From positions 3,488,001 to 3,552,000 of the forward strand of contig OZ271918.1 of assembly GCA_965602015.1 (NCBI GenBank): a DNA stretch of 64,000 nucleotides, in the 5' to 3' direction. Of the stretch, positions 49,217 through 59,828 are shown one piece after another. The DNA is from Salinispira sp. GTDB lineage: Bacteria; Spirochaetota; Spirochaetia; DSM-27196; Salinispiraceae. The notes under the pieces are model-generated. The model had not been told where the DNA came from. It ran no database searches and saw only the letters and a list, made by a program, of their open reading frames with translations. How positions within the stretch are numbered: the stretch's first letter is position 1; the number at the start of each line of letters is the position of its first letter. The position numbers and the translations under genes were made by a program.

Positions 49217-50200
49217 CTACCAACGGATCAGGTTTCCTCCGTATGTCAGCCCGGCGCCGAAACCCACGGTGATGATTCGCTGCCCTTGTTTAAGAAGACC
49301 CTTGCGCAACATTTCATCCAAGGCCAGCGGAATTGATGCCGCGGAGGTATTTGCGTAGCGTTCGAGGTTCATAAAAAACCGCTCTATCGGCAAGCCCAGG
49401 CGCTGTGCGGCGGCTTCAATGATTCTCGAGTTGGCCTGATGGGGAACGAACCAGTCGATGGCGTCTTCATCGGTCTCACAGTCCTTGCAAATCTGCCTGA
49501 TGGTTTGGACGATTGCGTTAACCGCAAACAGATACACTTTTTTCCCGTTCATTTTGATGCTGAAATCCTCAGCCTTCGAGGTCTCCTTGTCGAAGGGCAG
49601 CCTCGTTCCGCCGGCCTCGCGCTTGAGGGCATCAGAATCGGCTCCCTGGGACCTGAGCCAGGAGTGCTCGATGATGTGCCCCGAGGAATCCACCGCTTCG
49701 ACCAGTACAGCTCCGGCTCCGTCGCCGAAGAGCACGCAGGTGTTGCGGTCGCTCCAATTGGTAATTTTAGTGAGAACCTCGGCGCCGATCACCATGACCC
49801 GGCGGACGCTGCCGGCACTCACGAATCCCCGGGCAGTTTCCAGACCGTAGGCAAAGCCGCTGCAGCCCGCCTGTAGATCGAACGCGCCGGAGTTACCGCA
49901 ACCCAGACGATGCTGAACGATGGATGCCGTCGAGGGGAAGGGATTGTAGTCCGGCGACGAAGTCGCCACGATAATCAGGTCGATATCCGCCGCATCGACC
50001 CCCGAACGCTGCAAGAGGGCGCGGCCGGCCTCCACCGCCAGATCGGAAGCAAAGGTCTGGCTGTCGGAAATTCGCCGTTCGCCGATGCCCGTATGGGACC
50101 GTATCCATTCATCGGAGGTAGGCACAGTTTTGGAGAGTTCTTCGTTGCTCACGATTCTCTCGGGAACGTAAGCAGATACCGCTGTGATTCCAATATTCAT
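49217..50200 (-). CDS. fabH: 3-oxoacyl-ACP synthase III
   Basis: AGCSGF, LFGDGAGA, PHQAN, NTSAAS, GFGAGLT. Confidence 0.95.
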   Translation of the reverse strand: MNIGITAVSAYVPERIVSNEELSKTVPTSDEWIRSHTGIGERRISDSQTFASDLAVEAGRALLQRSGVDAADIDLIIVATSSPDYNPFPSTASIVQHRLGCGNSGAFDLQAGCSGFAYGLETARGFVSAGSVRRVMVIGAEVLTKITNWSDRNTCVLFGDGAGAVLVEAVDSSGHIIEHSWLRSQGADSDALKREAGGTRLPFDKETSKAEDFSIKMNGKKVYLFAVNAIVQTIRQICKDCETDEDAIDWFVPHQANSRIIEAAAQRLGLPIERFFMNLERYANTSAASIPLALDEMLRKGLLKQGQRIITVGFGAGLTYGGNLIRW

Positions 50201-50262
50201 GGCTCAAGTATATGAAGACCGGCCTGGGCTTACAAGGAGTCAGGGCGCCGCAGACGACGCTC

Positions 50263-50952
50263 TCAGTTATAGAAAATCTCGATCACTTCTTCCCGTGCCG
50301 GAACCTTTCTGGCCTCCAGTTCACGGTGCAGGATAGAAACATCCCAGTCCAGCGTATGCTCTTCAATACGGTAGGCTGCAGGGCCGATTTCCAGCAGCAT
50401 ACACTGCTTTCCCCTGCCATTCTTCATAACGCAGCCCGAGGTTCCGAAACTGATAAACTCGGTCTGGCCGCAGCTACGGCGGAACCGGCGGTGAATGTGG
50501 CCGAACACAATGAGCTCTTCTGCCTGAATGTCGAATTCCGAGCGAAGATCCGCTTGGTTCAGGTCGATTCGTCGCGGGGAGATGATGCCGTCCCGTATGA
50601 AGTGTTGCAGCCGAATACCCGGGGTCGGGGCATGGGCATAGGGCATGGACTGACAGAGGGCTTTTTGATCCTCTCGAAGCTGCCCAACGAGCCATGTATT
50701 GTGCAGGGCCTCGCCTTCCCCGATTCCTGCCTCAGCAGGGGGCTGCATGTATACATACTCTTCATGGTTGCCTTTGAGAAGACGAACTCCGCCTGAAATT
50801 AAACAGTCCAGGGTCTCTGATGGCCAGGGTCCGATTGCGACAGCATCGCCGATGTGGATTATTTCATCGGCGCCAAGATTTCTGCCCAGGTGCAGCGCCG
50901 ACTCGGCTGCCGGCAGGTTTGAATGTATGTCCGAAATCAGAAGAAGGCGCAT
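50263..50952 (-). CDS. Metallophosphoesterase
   Basis: SDIHSN, GDAV, GNHE, FGHIH. Confidence 0.88.
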   Translation of the reverse strand: MRLLLISDIHSNLPAAESALHLGRNLGADEIIHIGDAVAIGPWPSETLDCLISGGVRLLKGNHEEYVYMQPPAEAGIGEGEALHNTWLVGQLREDQKALCQSMPYAHAPTPGIRLQHFIRDGIISPRRIDLNQADLRSEFDIQAEELIVFGHIHRRFRRSCGQTEFISFGTSGCVMKNGRGKQCMLLEIGPAAYRIEEHTLDWDVSILHRELEARKVPAREEVIEIFYN

Positions 50953-50983
50953 GCAAAAATCATGGAGGAAAATTGCGAGCCTA

Positions 50984-52213
50984 TCAAGACAGGCTGCGGG
51001 AATTCCCCGTAGGCTCCCGCTGAGCGGACAGGGTCCGATGATGGTATGCGATAATCAGGATGGCCGGAACCATGAGAAACTGCACAATGAGAAACGATAC
51101 CCGGACGCTGAAATGATCGGCGATCAGCCCGATCAGGATGCTCGCCGCGGCGAACAGCAGGCTTCCCAGCAAGGATGCAATTGAACCCATGGTGGCCCTC
51201 AGACTGCTGCTGAATTCCTTTTGCATGAGAGTTTCTTCGGCAACGGACTGTACCCCGAACATCAGACCGCCGAGGCTCATGATAAACGGCGAGAGCTTTG
51301 TTACCCAGATAAGGGAAGCTATCACTAAAACCCGGCCGTATATTCTGCCGAACAGGGCGCATGCCAAAGGACCAAAACGGCGGATAACCGCACCGCTGTA
51401 CCGGAAACTCAGGGCGGCGGTCAGGTTTCCCAAGGTTTTGACAAAACCGATGGCCCAGATGGGGAGAACCTGAGCGATAAAGGCTGCCTGGAACTGGTAC
51501 GCGCCTTCTCCGAATGCGTTGCCCCAGGCCTTCGCCAGGCTGATCCGGCGCAGCGAGGGATTGCGGATGAACAGGCGAAATGCCCTAGTCAGTTCGCCGA
51601 AGGGCTTTCTTTCGGTTGCTGGGGCGTCGGTTTCTTCTGTTGTCCGTATAAAAGCCCCCATGTCGGAAAAAAATACGCTGATCACCAATGCCAGGATCTG
51701 AGGAATTATGGAGACTGCCATCATCAGTCGTAGTGATCGCGCTCCGATAATTCCGCCGAGTACCGCCGATGTGGCCAGGGCGAACTGAAACATGCTGGAC
51801 GTTTTTCCCAGGTATTCGTGAAAATCCTTCTCCCTGTCGAGAACTTCAAGGCTTTCATGGAGAAGGGCATTGTTGTTCCCGCTGAACATCGCACCGGCTG
51901 CCCCACCCAGGGCTGCCGCCAGAGCGAAGACCCAGTATTCCCCGCCGAATGCGAAACCGGCCAGACTCAGAACTCCGAACAAGGTGCCGAGCACAAGGGT
52001 CAGCTTTCTGCCCATAGTGTCCGAAACAAGGCCCAGCGGAATTTCTAACACTGCGGAGCTGATGGTTGCGATTCCGAACACCGCCATGCCTGCCGCGTAA
52101 CTGCCGCTTTCCCGGGCGAAGTATACAATGCCCAGTGCTGCATATGGCCGAAAATCCAGAAGGAAATTATACAGGTAGAACAGTCGGATGTTTCTGGCGG
52201 CTTTGGTCTTCAT
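50984..52213 (-). CDS. MFS transporter
   Basis: About twelve TMs, EIPLGLVSDTMGRK motif A. Confidence 0.88.
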   Translation of the reverse strand: MKTKAARNIRLFYLYNFLLDFRPYAALGIVYFARESGSYAAGMAVFGIATISSAVLEIPLGLVSDTMGRKLTLVLGTLFGVLSLAGFAFGGEYWVFALAAALGGAAGAMFSGNNNALLHESLEVLDREKDFHEYLGKTSSMFQFALATSAVLGGIIGARSLRLMMAVSIIPQILALVISVFFSDMGAFIRTTEETDAPATERKPFGELTRAFRLFIRNPSLRRISLAKAWGNAFGEGAYQFQAAFIAQVLPIWAIGFVKTLGNLTAALSFRYSGAVIRRFGPLACALFGRIYGRVLVIASLIWVTKLSPFIMSLGGLMFGVQSVAEETLMQKEFSSSLRATMGSIASLLGSLLFAAASILIGLIADHFSVRVSFLIVQFLMVPAILIIAYHHRTLSAQREPTGNSRSLS

Positions 52214-52346
52214 CTCTTGTGCAATCCTACCACATCATCGTCATTTCATAGCAGCGCAGGCAAGAGGCTTAAGAATAGGATCGGTTTTTATCCCGGCGGG
52301 ATCAGCCCCGGGACAGACGGTATTTTTGACTCCGGTGACCCTTCTA

Positions 52347-52964
52347 TCAGACATCGGTTAGCCGCCTGGCCATTTTTACTGACCCGGGATTTTCCTCGAT
52401 GAGTGTAAATCCGTGTTTTTCATAGAACCTGGTGGCAACGAGGTTATCAGGGCCTGTATGGAGATAGACTCCCGGTACATTTTTTCCGGTCAGGATGTCG
52501 GTAAACCTCTGGAGCAACTGACTTCCCAGGCCACGTCCCTGAGCATCGGGGAGCAAATTGATATGCAGGTGCGCGGGATACTCCGGTGAAACCGGAACCG
52601 CTGTTTTATCGATATGAAGTCTTGAGAGAAAAAACTCCTCGACTTCCGAACGGCAGCTCATTGATGGAGGATACCGCAGTCGAAGCGGGGGAAGAAAATC
52701 GTCTTCCATCCAGCGGTAAAATTCTTCCGTGTCCGAGGCGCCGAGAATATAGCCTACGGGAACGCCGTCTTTTTCGGCCACCAGACACAATTCCGGGCTA
52801 TGCGTGACGTATGGCAGCACATAGAGCTGGCCGATAAACCACTGATCGCTGTACAGCTCGCTTCCGTCATCACCGTCGTTGCCGGTTTTTAGGCATATAT
52901 GCATCAGGTGTGGAATATCGCAGGGATGGTACGGTCGGACGCCAATAGTAGCTCTCACGTGCAT
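52347..52964 (-). CDS. GNAT family acetyltransferase
   Basis: YPAHLHINLLPDAQGRGLG, ATRFYEKHGF. ATG 52964 after GGAG. Confidence 0.85.
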   Translation of the reverse strand: MHVRATIGVRPYHPCDIPHLMHICLKTGNDGDDGSELYSDQWFIGQLYVLPYVTHSPELCLVAEKDGVPVGYILGASDTEEFYRWMEDDFLPPLRLRYPPSMSCRSEVEEFFLSRLHIDKTAVPVSPEYPAHLHINLLPDAQGRGLGSQLLQRFTDILTGKNVPGVYLHTGPDNLVATRFYEKHGFTLIEENPGSVKMARRLTDV

Positions 52965-53057
52965 CTCGGGCTCCAATGATTATGGTGTTTGTGATGTATC
53001 CTGCATGAATTGCAAATAAATGGCTACCCGATTGTAGACAGCCAATAGATGTACAGG

Positions 53058-54908
53058 TCAGTCCTTATGCGGAGACGGTTTTTCGCCTAATGTGAATTGC
53101 GCAAAACGGGCGGTCAGCTTTGCCGCTTCTCGGTGGAGACCGCCGCTGTTTTCTCCAATGGAGCCGGCCATTGACATGAGTTCTTTGACATCATTGAGAA
53201 TTAGTCGAATCTCAGCCTGGACGGCGTCGGCGCTTTCCTTGGTGGAACCGGATGCCTGATCTAGAGATTGGATGCTCGTATCCAGGTTGACGCTTCCGCG
53301 GTTGACCGTGTCGTTGAGGCCCTGGAGGGTCTGCATCCGTTGGACAATGAGGTTTGAGCTCTCCTCCATTTCCTGCGAAGCCGAGGCGATTTCCTCCAAT
53401 CCTGCAATGAAGGATTCGCTGACCTGTTTCACATTCTTGAATGAGTTCCCGACGACACCCAGGCTCGTGTTGCTCTCTTCTATGCTCTTGATGACCCCCT
53501 TAACAAAGGCCGATGAGTTTTTGGAATTTTCCGAGGTCGACTCGGCGAGTTTGCGAATTTCCTCAGCTACCACGCTGAATCCCCTGCCGGCGTCTCCTGC
53601 GTGAGCGGCCTCAATTGCCGCGTTCATTGCCAGGAGGTTTGTCTGGGCAGCCACCGAATCGATAACCTTGTTGATTTCCGAAAGACTGTTCAACTGATTC
53701 ATGACTTCTTCCATGGCATTGAGGCTGCCGTTGAGGTTGGACTGGCTGTCCGTGGTGACCTCGTTCAGGGAGGAGGCGGCGCTTCGGCGGTTGCGGGCGA
53801 TGTCTGCGATATTCTTTGCGCTGGCCAGCATTTGCTCAGCTGCGCTGGTTGTCTCCTCCACCGAAATGGACTGGGTTTCCAGGCTCTCTCTCAGGCCGGC
53901 GGCGACCTCCGCTATGGTACGGGTTTCGCCGGCGGTGAGGGCGCTGTTCTCATTGAGCGTGGTGGCGATGCTAAAAATTTTATCCATTTCAGACTGGATT
54001 CTGGTAAGAAGTTCTTTTTGCCGCTCTACCAGGTCCTCGAGTATCTCGCTCTGACTGGTGTTGGAATCTGCATTTTCAGCGGCTTCGCCTATCACCGTGC
54101 GCAGTTCCTTTATAAAGCGATTGAGATTAATAAAGAGCTGCCCGAGCTCGTCGCGCCCCGGCACATCCAGATTTTTACTGAGGTCCTTGTCGGTCAGCGC
54201 CCGTATTTTTCCCATCGAGCGGCTCAAAGGCCGGGTCATCACCTGCGATAAAAACGCAACAAGTATAAGCGTCATTAGGAGAAAAGGTCCGGCAATAATG
54301 ATTATGCGGGGAATTGCCTCAAGCACTGTCTGGCCTGCGCTTACCGGCATTAGCGTTACACCAATTGATCCCACCAGGAAGGCGGTCACCACCAGGGTCA
54401 CGCTGAGAAAAAGCTTGGATGTCATTCCGCCGCGAACCCTCCCGGATTTTAACTTGTCTTCCGGAATGAGCATTTCCAGTTCTGCTGTCGTGCCGACGAC
54501 CATCAGTATGCCAAAAAACAGCCCCACTGCTGCGGAGTACATTCCCCCGAGGATATGCACTGCAGAATTCGACGCATAGATGCTGTTCGAGTGATGCAGG
54601 AGTGAATAGGTTAAATTATTTATTGTGCCCCATACCGGTAGTCCGTAGCGGAGGCTAAATAGCCATTTGAAACTTCCACTGGCCGCCAGCCTTCGTGCAA
54701 TTACCATCAGCAGGGTTGCCCCGACAGCGGCGGATATAAGCAGGTATATTAATGGGAGCCCCAGCGCCGCATTGATGAATTCTCCAGGTTTCGCAACTCC
54801 CGTGACCAGCTCTGCGAACGCCAGAGCCAGCGGGGTGCTCAGGCTCAGCAGTGCGAAAAATGAGACTATCTTTCCCTTACCGGACAGGACAGGCGCAGTG
54901 TTCTGCAT
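53058..54908 (-). CDS. Methyl-accepting chemotaxis protein
   Basis: Multi-TM sensor, HAMP, QTNLLAMNAAIEAAHAGDAGRGFSVVAEEIRKLAE. Confidence 0.93.
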   Translation of the reverse strand: MQNTAPVLSGKGKIVSFFALLSLSTPLALAFAELVTGVAKPGEFINAALGLPLIYLLISAAVGATLLMVIARRLAASGSFKWLFSLRYGLPVWGTINNLTYSLLHHSNSIYASNSAVHILGGMYSAAVGLFFGILMVVGTTAELEMLIPEDKLKSGRVRGGMTSKLFLSVTLVVTAFLVGSIGVTLMPVSAGQTVLEAIPRIIIIAGPFLLMTLILVAFLSQVMTRPLSRSMGKIRALTDKDLSKNLDVPGRDELGQLFINLNRFIKELRTVIGEAAENADSNTSQSEILEDLVERQKELLTRIQSEMDKIFSIATTLNENSALTAGETRTIAEVAAGLRESLETQSISVEETTSAAEQMLASAKNIADIARNRRSAASSLNEVTTDSQSNLNGSLNAMEEVMNQLNSLSEINKVIDSVAAQTNLLAMNAAIEAAHAGDAGRGFSVVAEEIRKLAESTSENSKNSSAFVKGVIKSIEESNTSLGVVGNSFKNVKQVSESFIAGLEEIASASQEMEESSNLIVQRMQTLQGLNDTVNRGSVNLDTSIQSLDQASGSTKESADAVQAEIRLILNDVKELMSMAGSIGENSGGLHREAAKLTARFAQFTLGEKPSPHKD

Positions 54909-55038
54909 AGAATTTTCCTCTTAAGCTCGGCGGTGCGTAATTTTTTGGGGCGGGTCCTTTATTCAAGTATAAGAGCTGAGGCGGCATCGGGCAAATTTGC
55001 GTATTACTCGATCAGTTATTTTGCGTTTGCCGGAGTAT

Positions 55039-56373
55039 TCAGATGTGGGCTTGTGGGGTAGGAATCCACTCGCGTTTGATGAATCGGGCGGCGAAAACCA
55101 CAGCCCTGATTGCAATAGTGAGCGCGAAACCCGCCCAGGCCCCATAGACTCCCCAGTTGAACAGCCTGATAAACACTAGCACCATGGGAATCATCAGAAA
55201 CCAGCCGCTGAGTATATTAATGTTGCGAACGAACTTCGCGTCTTCCATACCCAACAGCCCGCCCTGAAAACTGATAAACAGGGCATCGGCAAACTGGTAG
55301 AGCCCCATTATCACAAAAAGAAGCCGGCCTTTTGCAATGAGTTCAGGATCCTGGGAGAACAACCTGATGAAGGGCTCGGGAAACAGCAGCATGACCATTC
55401 CCAGTGCGCCCATTACCACCGACAGAAAGAGAGCACCGGCTATGCAGGACTGCTTGGCTTCGGCTTCCCGGCGGCTTTCGATTTTTTTGCTCACCTGCGA
55501 CATGGTAACGTCCCTGACCGGCCCTGCGAGCATCAGGATAAAATCCTTCACGCGCATAGAGATTTCGTGAATGCTCAAGGCGACCGGCCCGATGGTGGAA
55601 ATGATGCTGACGAATACCGTCCAGGAACCCTGTTCGAAAAGCCTGCTTTGCATGATGGTAAAACTGAGGTCAAATCGTTCTTTCAGAATCTTCCGCGAAA
55701 GCGAAAAACCCGTGGGCATCCGTTCGAAATGAGCTGTTACCCGGTTAAAATATCCGATGAGAATCGCCGAATGGATGCACATGGACAGCACCGATGCAAG
55801 GCCGGCGCCGAACACTCCCAGGGCCGGTGCGCCGAGCTTTCCATAAATAAAAATCCAGTTGAAGAGCACATTGAAACTCAATCCCGCGATGGTAAAAACC
55901 GGCAGAAGCTGATTGCGCTCGATTGCGATGAGGAGTTTGCTGTAGGTTGCCATAAGGAACATGGGCAAAATTCCCAGGGTCCTTACCAGCAGGTACTGTC
56001 TCGAAAATCTGAGAACCTCTGCGGAATCTGTGAGAAAACGAAGGCCCAGGAGGGTAGGGCCCAACAGCAAAAGTCCGAGCAGGGAAAGAATCAGGCCGAT
56101 TACGACTTCATGGCCGACGTAATTTCGTAGAAGCGCGCCTTTTTCAGGTGCGGCGTACTTCGCAAAATGAATGAGGTTGCTCTGTAAAAATGCGAATACC
56201 ACAATGTAATAAAAGAGATTGAAGTAGGTCAGGCCGAGACTGAGCCCGGCAATACCTTCGGTGCCCAGGGAGCCCACCATGGCGACATCCACGATTCCGA
56301 ACAAACGGCCCGCGACCATGGCCGCCAGTAGCGGCCAGGTGAGCCGCAATAGTTCCTTGATATTCTTGTACAT
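55039..56373 (-). CDS. MATE family efflux transporter
   Basis: VDVAMVGSLG, FNWIFIYGKLGAPALGVFGAGLAS, WGVYGAW. ATG 56373 after GGAG. Confidence 0.88.
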   Translation of the reverse strand: MYKNIKELLRLTWPLLAAMVAGRLFGIVDVAMVGSLGTEGIAGLSLGLTYFNLFYYIVVFAFLQSNLIHFAKYAAPEKGALLRNYVGHEVVIGLILSLLGLLLLGPTLLGLRFLTDSAEVLRFSRQYLLVRTLGILPMFLMATYSKLLIAIERNQLLPVFTIAGLSFNVLFNWIFIYGKLGAPALGVFGAGLASVLSMCIHSAILIGYFNRVTAHFERMPTGFSLSRKILKERFDLSFTIMQSRLFEQGSWTVFVSIISTIGPVALSIHEISMRVKDFILMLAGPVRDVTMSQVSKKIESRREAEAKQSCIAGALFLSVVMGALGMVMLLFPEPFIRLFSQDPELIAKGRLLFVIMGLYQFADALFISFQGGLLGMEDAKFVRNINILSGWFLMIPMVLVFIRLFNWGVYGAWAGFALTIAIRAVVFAARFIKREWIPTPQAHI

Positions 56374-56487
56374 GGATGCTCCGGTCCTGAAGTCTGCTGT
56401 GCTCAATGATAATTCACCAAAATCTCATCTAATGCAAGCCGCAGGTTTTTTTGCTGATACCTAAATCATCTGCTATAATTCGCCGTT

Positions 56488-57792
56488 GTGAAGGAACGGA
56501 AATTCTCTGACGATACTCTCCTGTTTATTTTGCTGACCACTGTTGTCGCTGCCGCCGTGGCGCTGGCGCTAGCCATTGACGGTCTTCCCCGGGTCGCCCG
56601 GGGATTTGTTGAAATTCAGCTCCATCCGGCGCGGCTGTTAAATGATTTTACAGTGATCGGGGGCGAAGGGGCTGCGCTGGTAAACGCCGCTGTTGTCGCC
56701 CTCATTGGTATGGCGACAATCCGGCTGACCGGCGCAAAGTTTTCGGGACCTACGGTTTCGGCAGTGCTTACCATGTATGGTTTCGGGCTCTTTGGGAAAA
56801 CTCCGATCAATATCCTGCCGATTATCTTCGGGGTATTTATCGCCGCGAAAATCGTGAAAAAGAAGTTCCGCGATTACCTGATTATCGCCCTTTTCGGCAC
56901 CGCCCTGGGTCCCCTGGTTTCGCTCATCTCATACGAGTTGGCGCTGCATCCGGTACTCGGCTTGCCCATTTCTATTACGGCGGGCATTTTCGCCGGCATT
57001 CTGTTGGCGCCAACGGCAATCGTTATGCTCAGACTCCACCAGGGGTTTAGTCTGTATAACATCGGCTTCACAACAGGGTTCGTGGCCCTGTTTGCCGCGG
57101 CAATTATTTTCGGGGGGGGAGATCAGCTGCCCGGGGGATCAATTTGGAATGATTCGCCATCGGCGGCTCTTTTCTGGTCCATTCCGTTGATGTCACTTGG
57201 GTTTCTCATTATCTCCGCATTCATCGACGGCCGCTCGGTCGTCAAAGATTTTCTTCGGATCATGAAGAATCCCGGCCGGCTGCCCTCTGATTTTATTTCC
57301 AATGAATCTCTGGCCGGTTCTCTGGCCAACATGGGAGTAATGGGACTATTGTCCTGGGGATATGTGGTGATGGTTTCCGCCCCGTTAAACGGCCCGGTCC
57401 TCGGGGGAATCTTCACCATAGTCGGGTTTGCCGCGTTCGGAAAGCATCCCCGCAATGTGTGGCCTATCGTCCTGGGCGTCGCCGGTGCCGCCCTGCTGTT
57501 CGGCCACGAGCTTTCGGCTCCAGGAGTAATCCTCGCGGTGCTGTTCGGCACCACTTTGGCTCCGCTGGCCGGTGAGTTCGGCCCCCTGGTGGGCGTTACC
57601 GCAGGCTTTTTGCATTTCGTCATGGTAATGAGGACCGGCGACTGGCATGCGGGAATCGGCTTGTACAACAACGGTTTCGCTGGCGGACTGGCTGCAACAA
57701 TGCTGGTTGCGATAATCGAATGGTTCCGCAGCAATGCGGTTGAGAAGAATCCCGCAAAACAGGGAAGCTTCCGGAGTAAAGCGGAGAAATAA
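56488..57792 (+). CDS. DUF1576-like polytopic membrane protein
   Basis: Internal duplication GFGLFGK/GFAAFGK, LFGTALGP/LFGTTLAP, LYNIGF/LYNNGF. Confidence 0.8.
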   Translation: MKERKFSDDTLLFILLTTVVAAAVALALAIDGLPRVARGFVEIQLHPARLLNDFTVIGGEGAALVNAAVVALIGMATIRLTGAKFSGPTVSAVLTMYGFGLFGKTPINILPIIFGVFIAAKIVKKKFRDYLIIALFGTALGPLVSLISYELALHPVLGLPISITAGIFAGILLAPTAIVMLRLHQGFSLYNIGFTTGFVALFAAAIIFGGGDQLPGGSIWNDSPSAALFWSIPLMSLGFLIISAFIDGRSVVKDFLRIMKNPGRLPSDFISNESLAGSLANMGVMGLLSWGYVVMVSAPLNGPVLGGIFTIVGFAAFGKHPRNVWPIVLGVAGAALLFGHELSAPGVILAVLFGTTLAPLAGEFGPLVGVTAGFLHFVMVMRTGDWHAGIGLYNNGFAGGLAATMLVAIIEWFRSNAVEKNPAKQGSFRSKAEK

Positions 57793-57793
57793 T

Positions 57794-58174
57794 ATGAATC
57801 GAAAAGAACTGATCCTGCAGATGATTACCGAATTAGCCCATTATGTGCTTGATGAAGATCCACTGAGAATGGTGATTTCTGTGCATCAGGAAGAAGACGG
57901 GCTTCACCTGGCCATCCTCGATACCATTGTCCGGGGAGAAGAAGAGTTGGACCGGATCCGTCAGCTACTCAACAACGAAAAACGGCCCGAGATGGCCAGC
58001 TACTACGGAAGCCTGGCGGGTCATGATTCCCTGGGAAAGGCCCGGCTCAACCTCATCGGCTGGCAGGTCAAGGGTGCAGACGTGAGCTGCAGCGACAGCG
58101 GGACAAAAATCGATCTATGGCTCGGGGGAGATCGATTCGATCCTCAGTCATTTTCCATCAAGACAAAGGAATAA
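57794..58174 (+). CDS. Hypothetical protein
   Basis: ATG 57794 directly after the upstream stop, with SD GGAG. Confidence 0.7.
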   Translation: MNRKELILQMITELAHYVLDEDPLRMVISVHQEEDGLHLAILDTIVRGEEELDRIRQLLNNEKRPEMASYYGSLAGHDSLGKARLNLIGWQVKGADVSCSDSGTKIDLWLGGDRFDPQSFSIKTKE

Positions 58175-58175
58175 G

Positions 58176-59777
58176 CTAATCCTGAGCAGATTCCGCGCTC
58201 CGTTTCGCGGCGTACATGCGTTGATCGGCTATCTGGAGAATTTGTTGAAGGTCGAGGTTTCTATCGGCCTTTACTCCGCCGAGGCTCATTCGCACCGTCA
58301 ACTCCGGTGAAATCTCATCCCAGTCCTCGCTTTCCACGGCCTTATTAATTTTGGAAATAACCGTATTTACCTTGTTCTCCCCAGCGCCCGGCAGGAGCAG
58401 AATAAACTCGTCTCCACCGTAGCGGATCACTAGATCGGCCTTCCTCAGGCATCCTGTCAACAGGGACGCGACCCGTTGGAGCACCTGGTCGCCGGCCTGA
58501 TGGGAATGGGTATCGTTAATCATCTTAAAATTGTCGACATCGGCAAATACGACACCGAAATCTTCTCCGCTGCGGGTAATTCTCGCAAGTTCTCCCGGCA
58601 TATGGGTCATCAGGTAGCGGCGGTTCAACAAGCCGGTGAGCGGATCGTGAATGAGCTGCTTTTTCAATTTCCTGTTACTGTCTTCCAGGCGGGTTTTTAA
58701 ATCCCGCAGCTCGGTGTTTTGAATCCTGTATAGTTCGCCCTCGAGTTTGACCCTCTCCAGATCAAGGAGGGCGAGGGCTTTGCTTAAGTTGTTATCCCCT
58801 ATAAGCCGTCCCAACTCCTTCTGCTTGCCGAGGGCCCTTCGCTGATAGGACAGTGCTTTCTCCAAATCGCCCTGGTGCTCATAGTACCTGGCGAGCAGTT
58901 CATAGCAACGGATATTCATGGGAATGGGCTGCTGATTCGCCAGCTTTTTTTCGGCGGAGAGGAGAAGTGCTCTAGCTTCACCATGGCGGTTCGAATCCAT
59001 AAGCAGGGTGGCGAAGTTGAGAAGGATTTCCTCGAGCCAGCTTTTTACCGGGACTCCTTCCATGAGCTCCAGAGCCTCCCGGTAGCGGGCCTCGGCTTCG
59101 TCGCCCCGGCCTTCCTCGCATAGCACATCAGCGTATTTTGCTATGCTATGAGCCTGGTAAGCAGGCTTTTCACAGCTGCGAAATATGTCCCGGGACTGTG
59201 TCAAAAAGGAATAGCCTTCTTTGTATGAACCTCCTGCTCCCAGTAAGCGACCGAGATTAGATAGAATAATCCCCAGGTTCATTGCATCCGCTTCGCCTAA
59301 ATCCTCAGCGGATGGAGATTCAGAATTCTGCATGGCTTTTCTTGCAGAGTCGTAATATTCAATTGCCCGTTCCGATTGTCCGAGTTCTTTGTAGATAATT
59401 GCGGTATTATTCAGCGCTGAAGCTGCCCTAAGAGGCCACTGGTCCCGAAAGAGCTGATAGGCCTTGGTGCAGTGTTCTATGGCAAGCTGATAGACCGAAA
59501 GCTGGCCGTACAGGACGCCTTGGGTTAGATGGGCCTCCGCCTGCTCGCGGGCGTCTCCCTGAAATTTTGCAGCCTGCTCCGCCTTCCTGGCGTATTCAAG
59601 TCCGGTGGCATGATCCTGAGACATAAAGGCGCATTTGGCGCACATGCGCAGCGCCTCAGCCCGCCCGCCCGGTAGTTCACGGCAATCAGTTTTCTCCGCA
59701 GCCTGGGAAAAGAGGGGCAGTGCCTCTTCGAACTCCCCCCGACCCATTGCCTTCCGGGCATTAGCAATCACCGACAT
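58176..59777 (-). CDS. TPR-repeat GGDEF diguanylate cyclase
   Basis: TPR helices, DPLTGLLNRR, RYGGDEF. Confidence 0.9.
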   Translation of the reverse strand: MSVIANARKAMGRGEFEEALPLFSQAAEKTDCRELPGGRAEALRMCAKCAFMSQDHATGLEYARKAEQAAKFQGDAREQAEAHLTQGVLYGQLSVYQLAIEHCTKAYQLFRDQWPLRAASALNNTAIIYKELGQSERAIEYYDSARKAMQNSESPSAEDLGEADAMNLGIILSNLGRLLGAGGSYKEGYSFLTQSRDIFRSCEKPAYQAHSIAKYADVLCEEGRGDEAEARYREALELMEGVPVKSWLEEILLNFATLLMDSNRHGEARALLLSAEKKLANQQPIPMNIRCYELLARYYEHQGDLEKALSYQRRALGKQKELGRLIGDNNLSKALALLDLERVKLEGELYRIQNTELRDLKTRLEDSNRKLKKQLIHDPLTGLLNRRYLMTHMPGELARITRSGEDFGVVFADVDNFKMINDTHSHQAGDQVLQRVASLLTGCLRKADLVIRYGGDEFILLLPGAGENKVNTVISKINKAVESEDWDEISPELTVRMSLGGVKADRNLDLQQILQIADQRMYAAKRSAESAQD

Positions 59778-59828
59778 GGTTTAAGTATACGAAGGTAGTT
59801 GGGAAAACTCAAAAGCCTTGCGCGCATC

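Noticed and set aside
54985..55035. c-di-GMP-I riboswitch upstream of the MCP (GGCAAAC...ACGCAAA on the minus strand)
   Set aside because: It lacks the GAAA-capped stem and the second hairpin, and lies upstream of the likely TATACT -10 box, so it is probably not in the leader.
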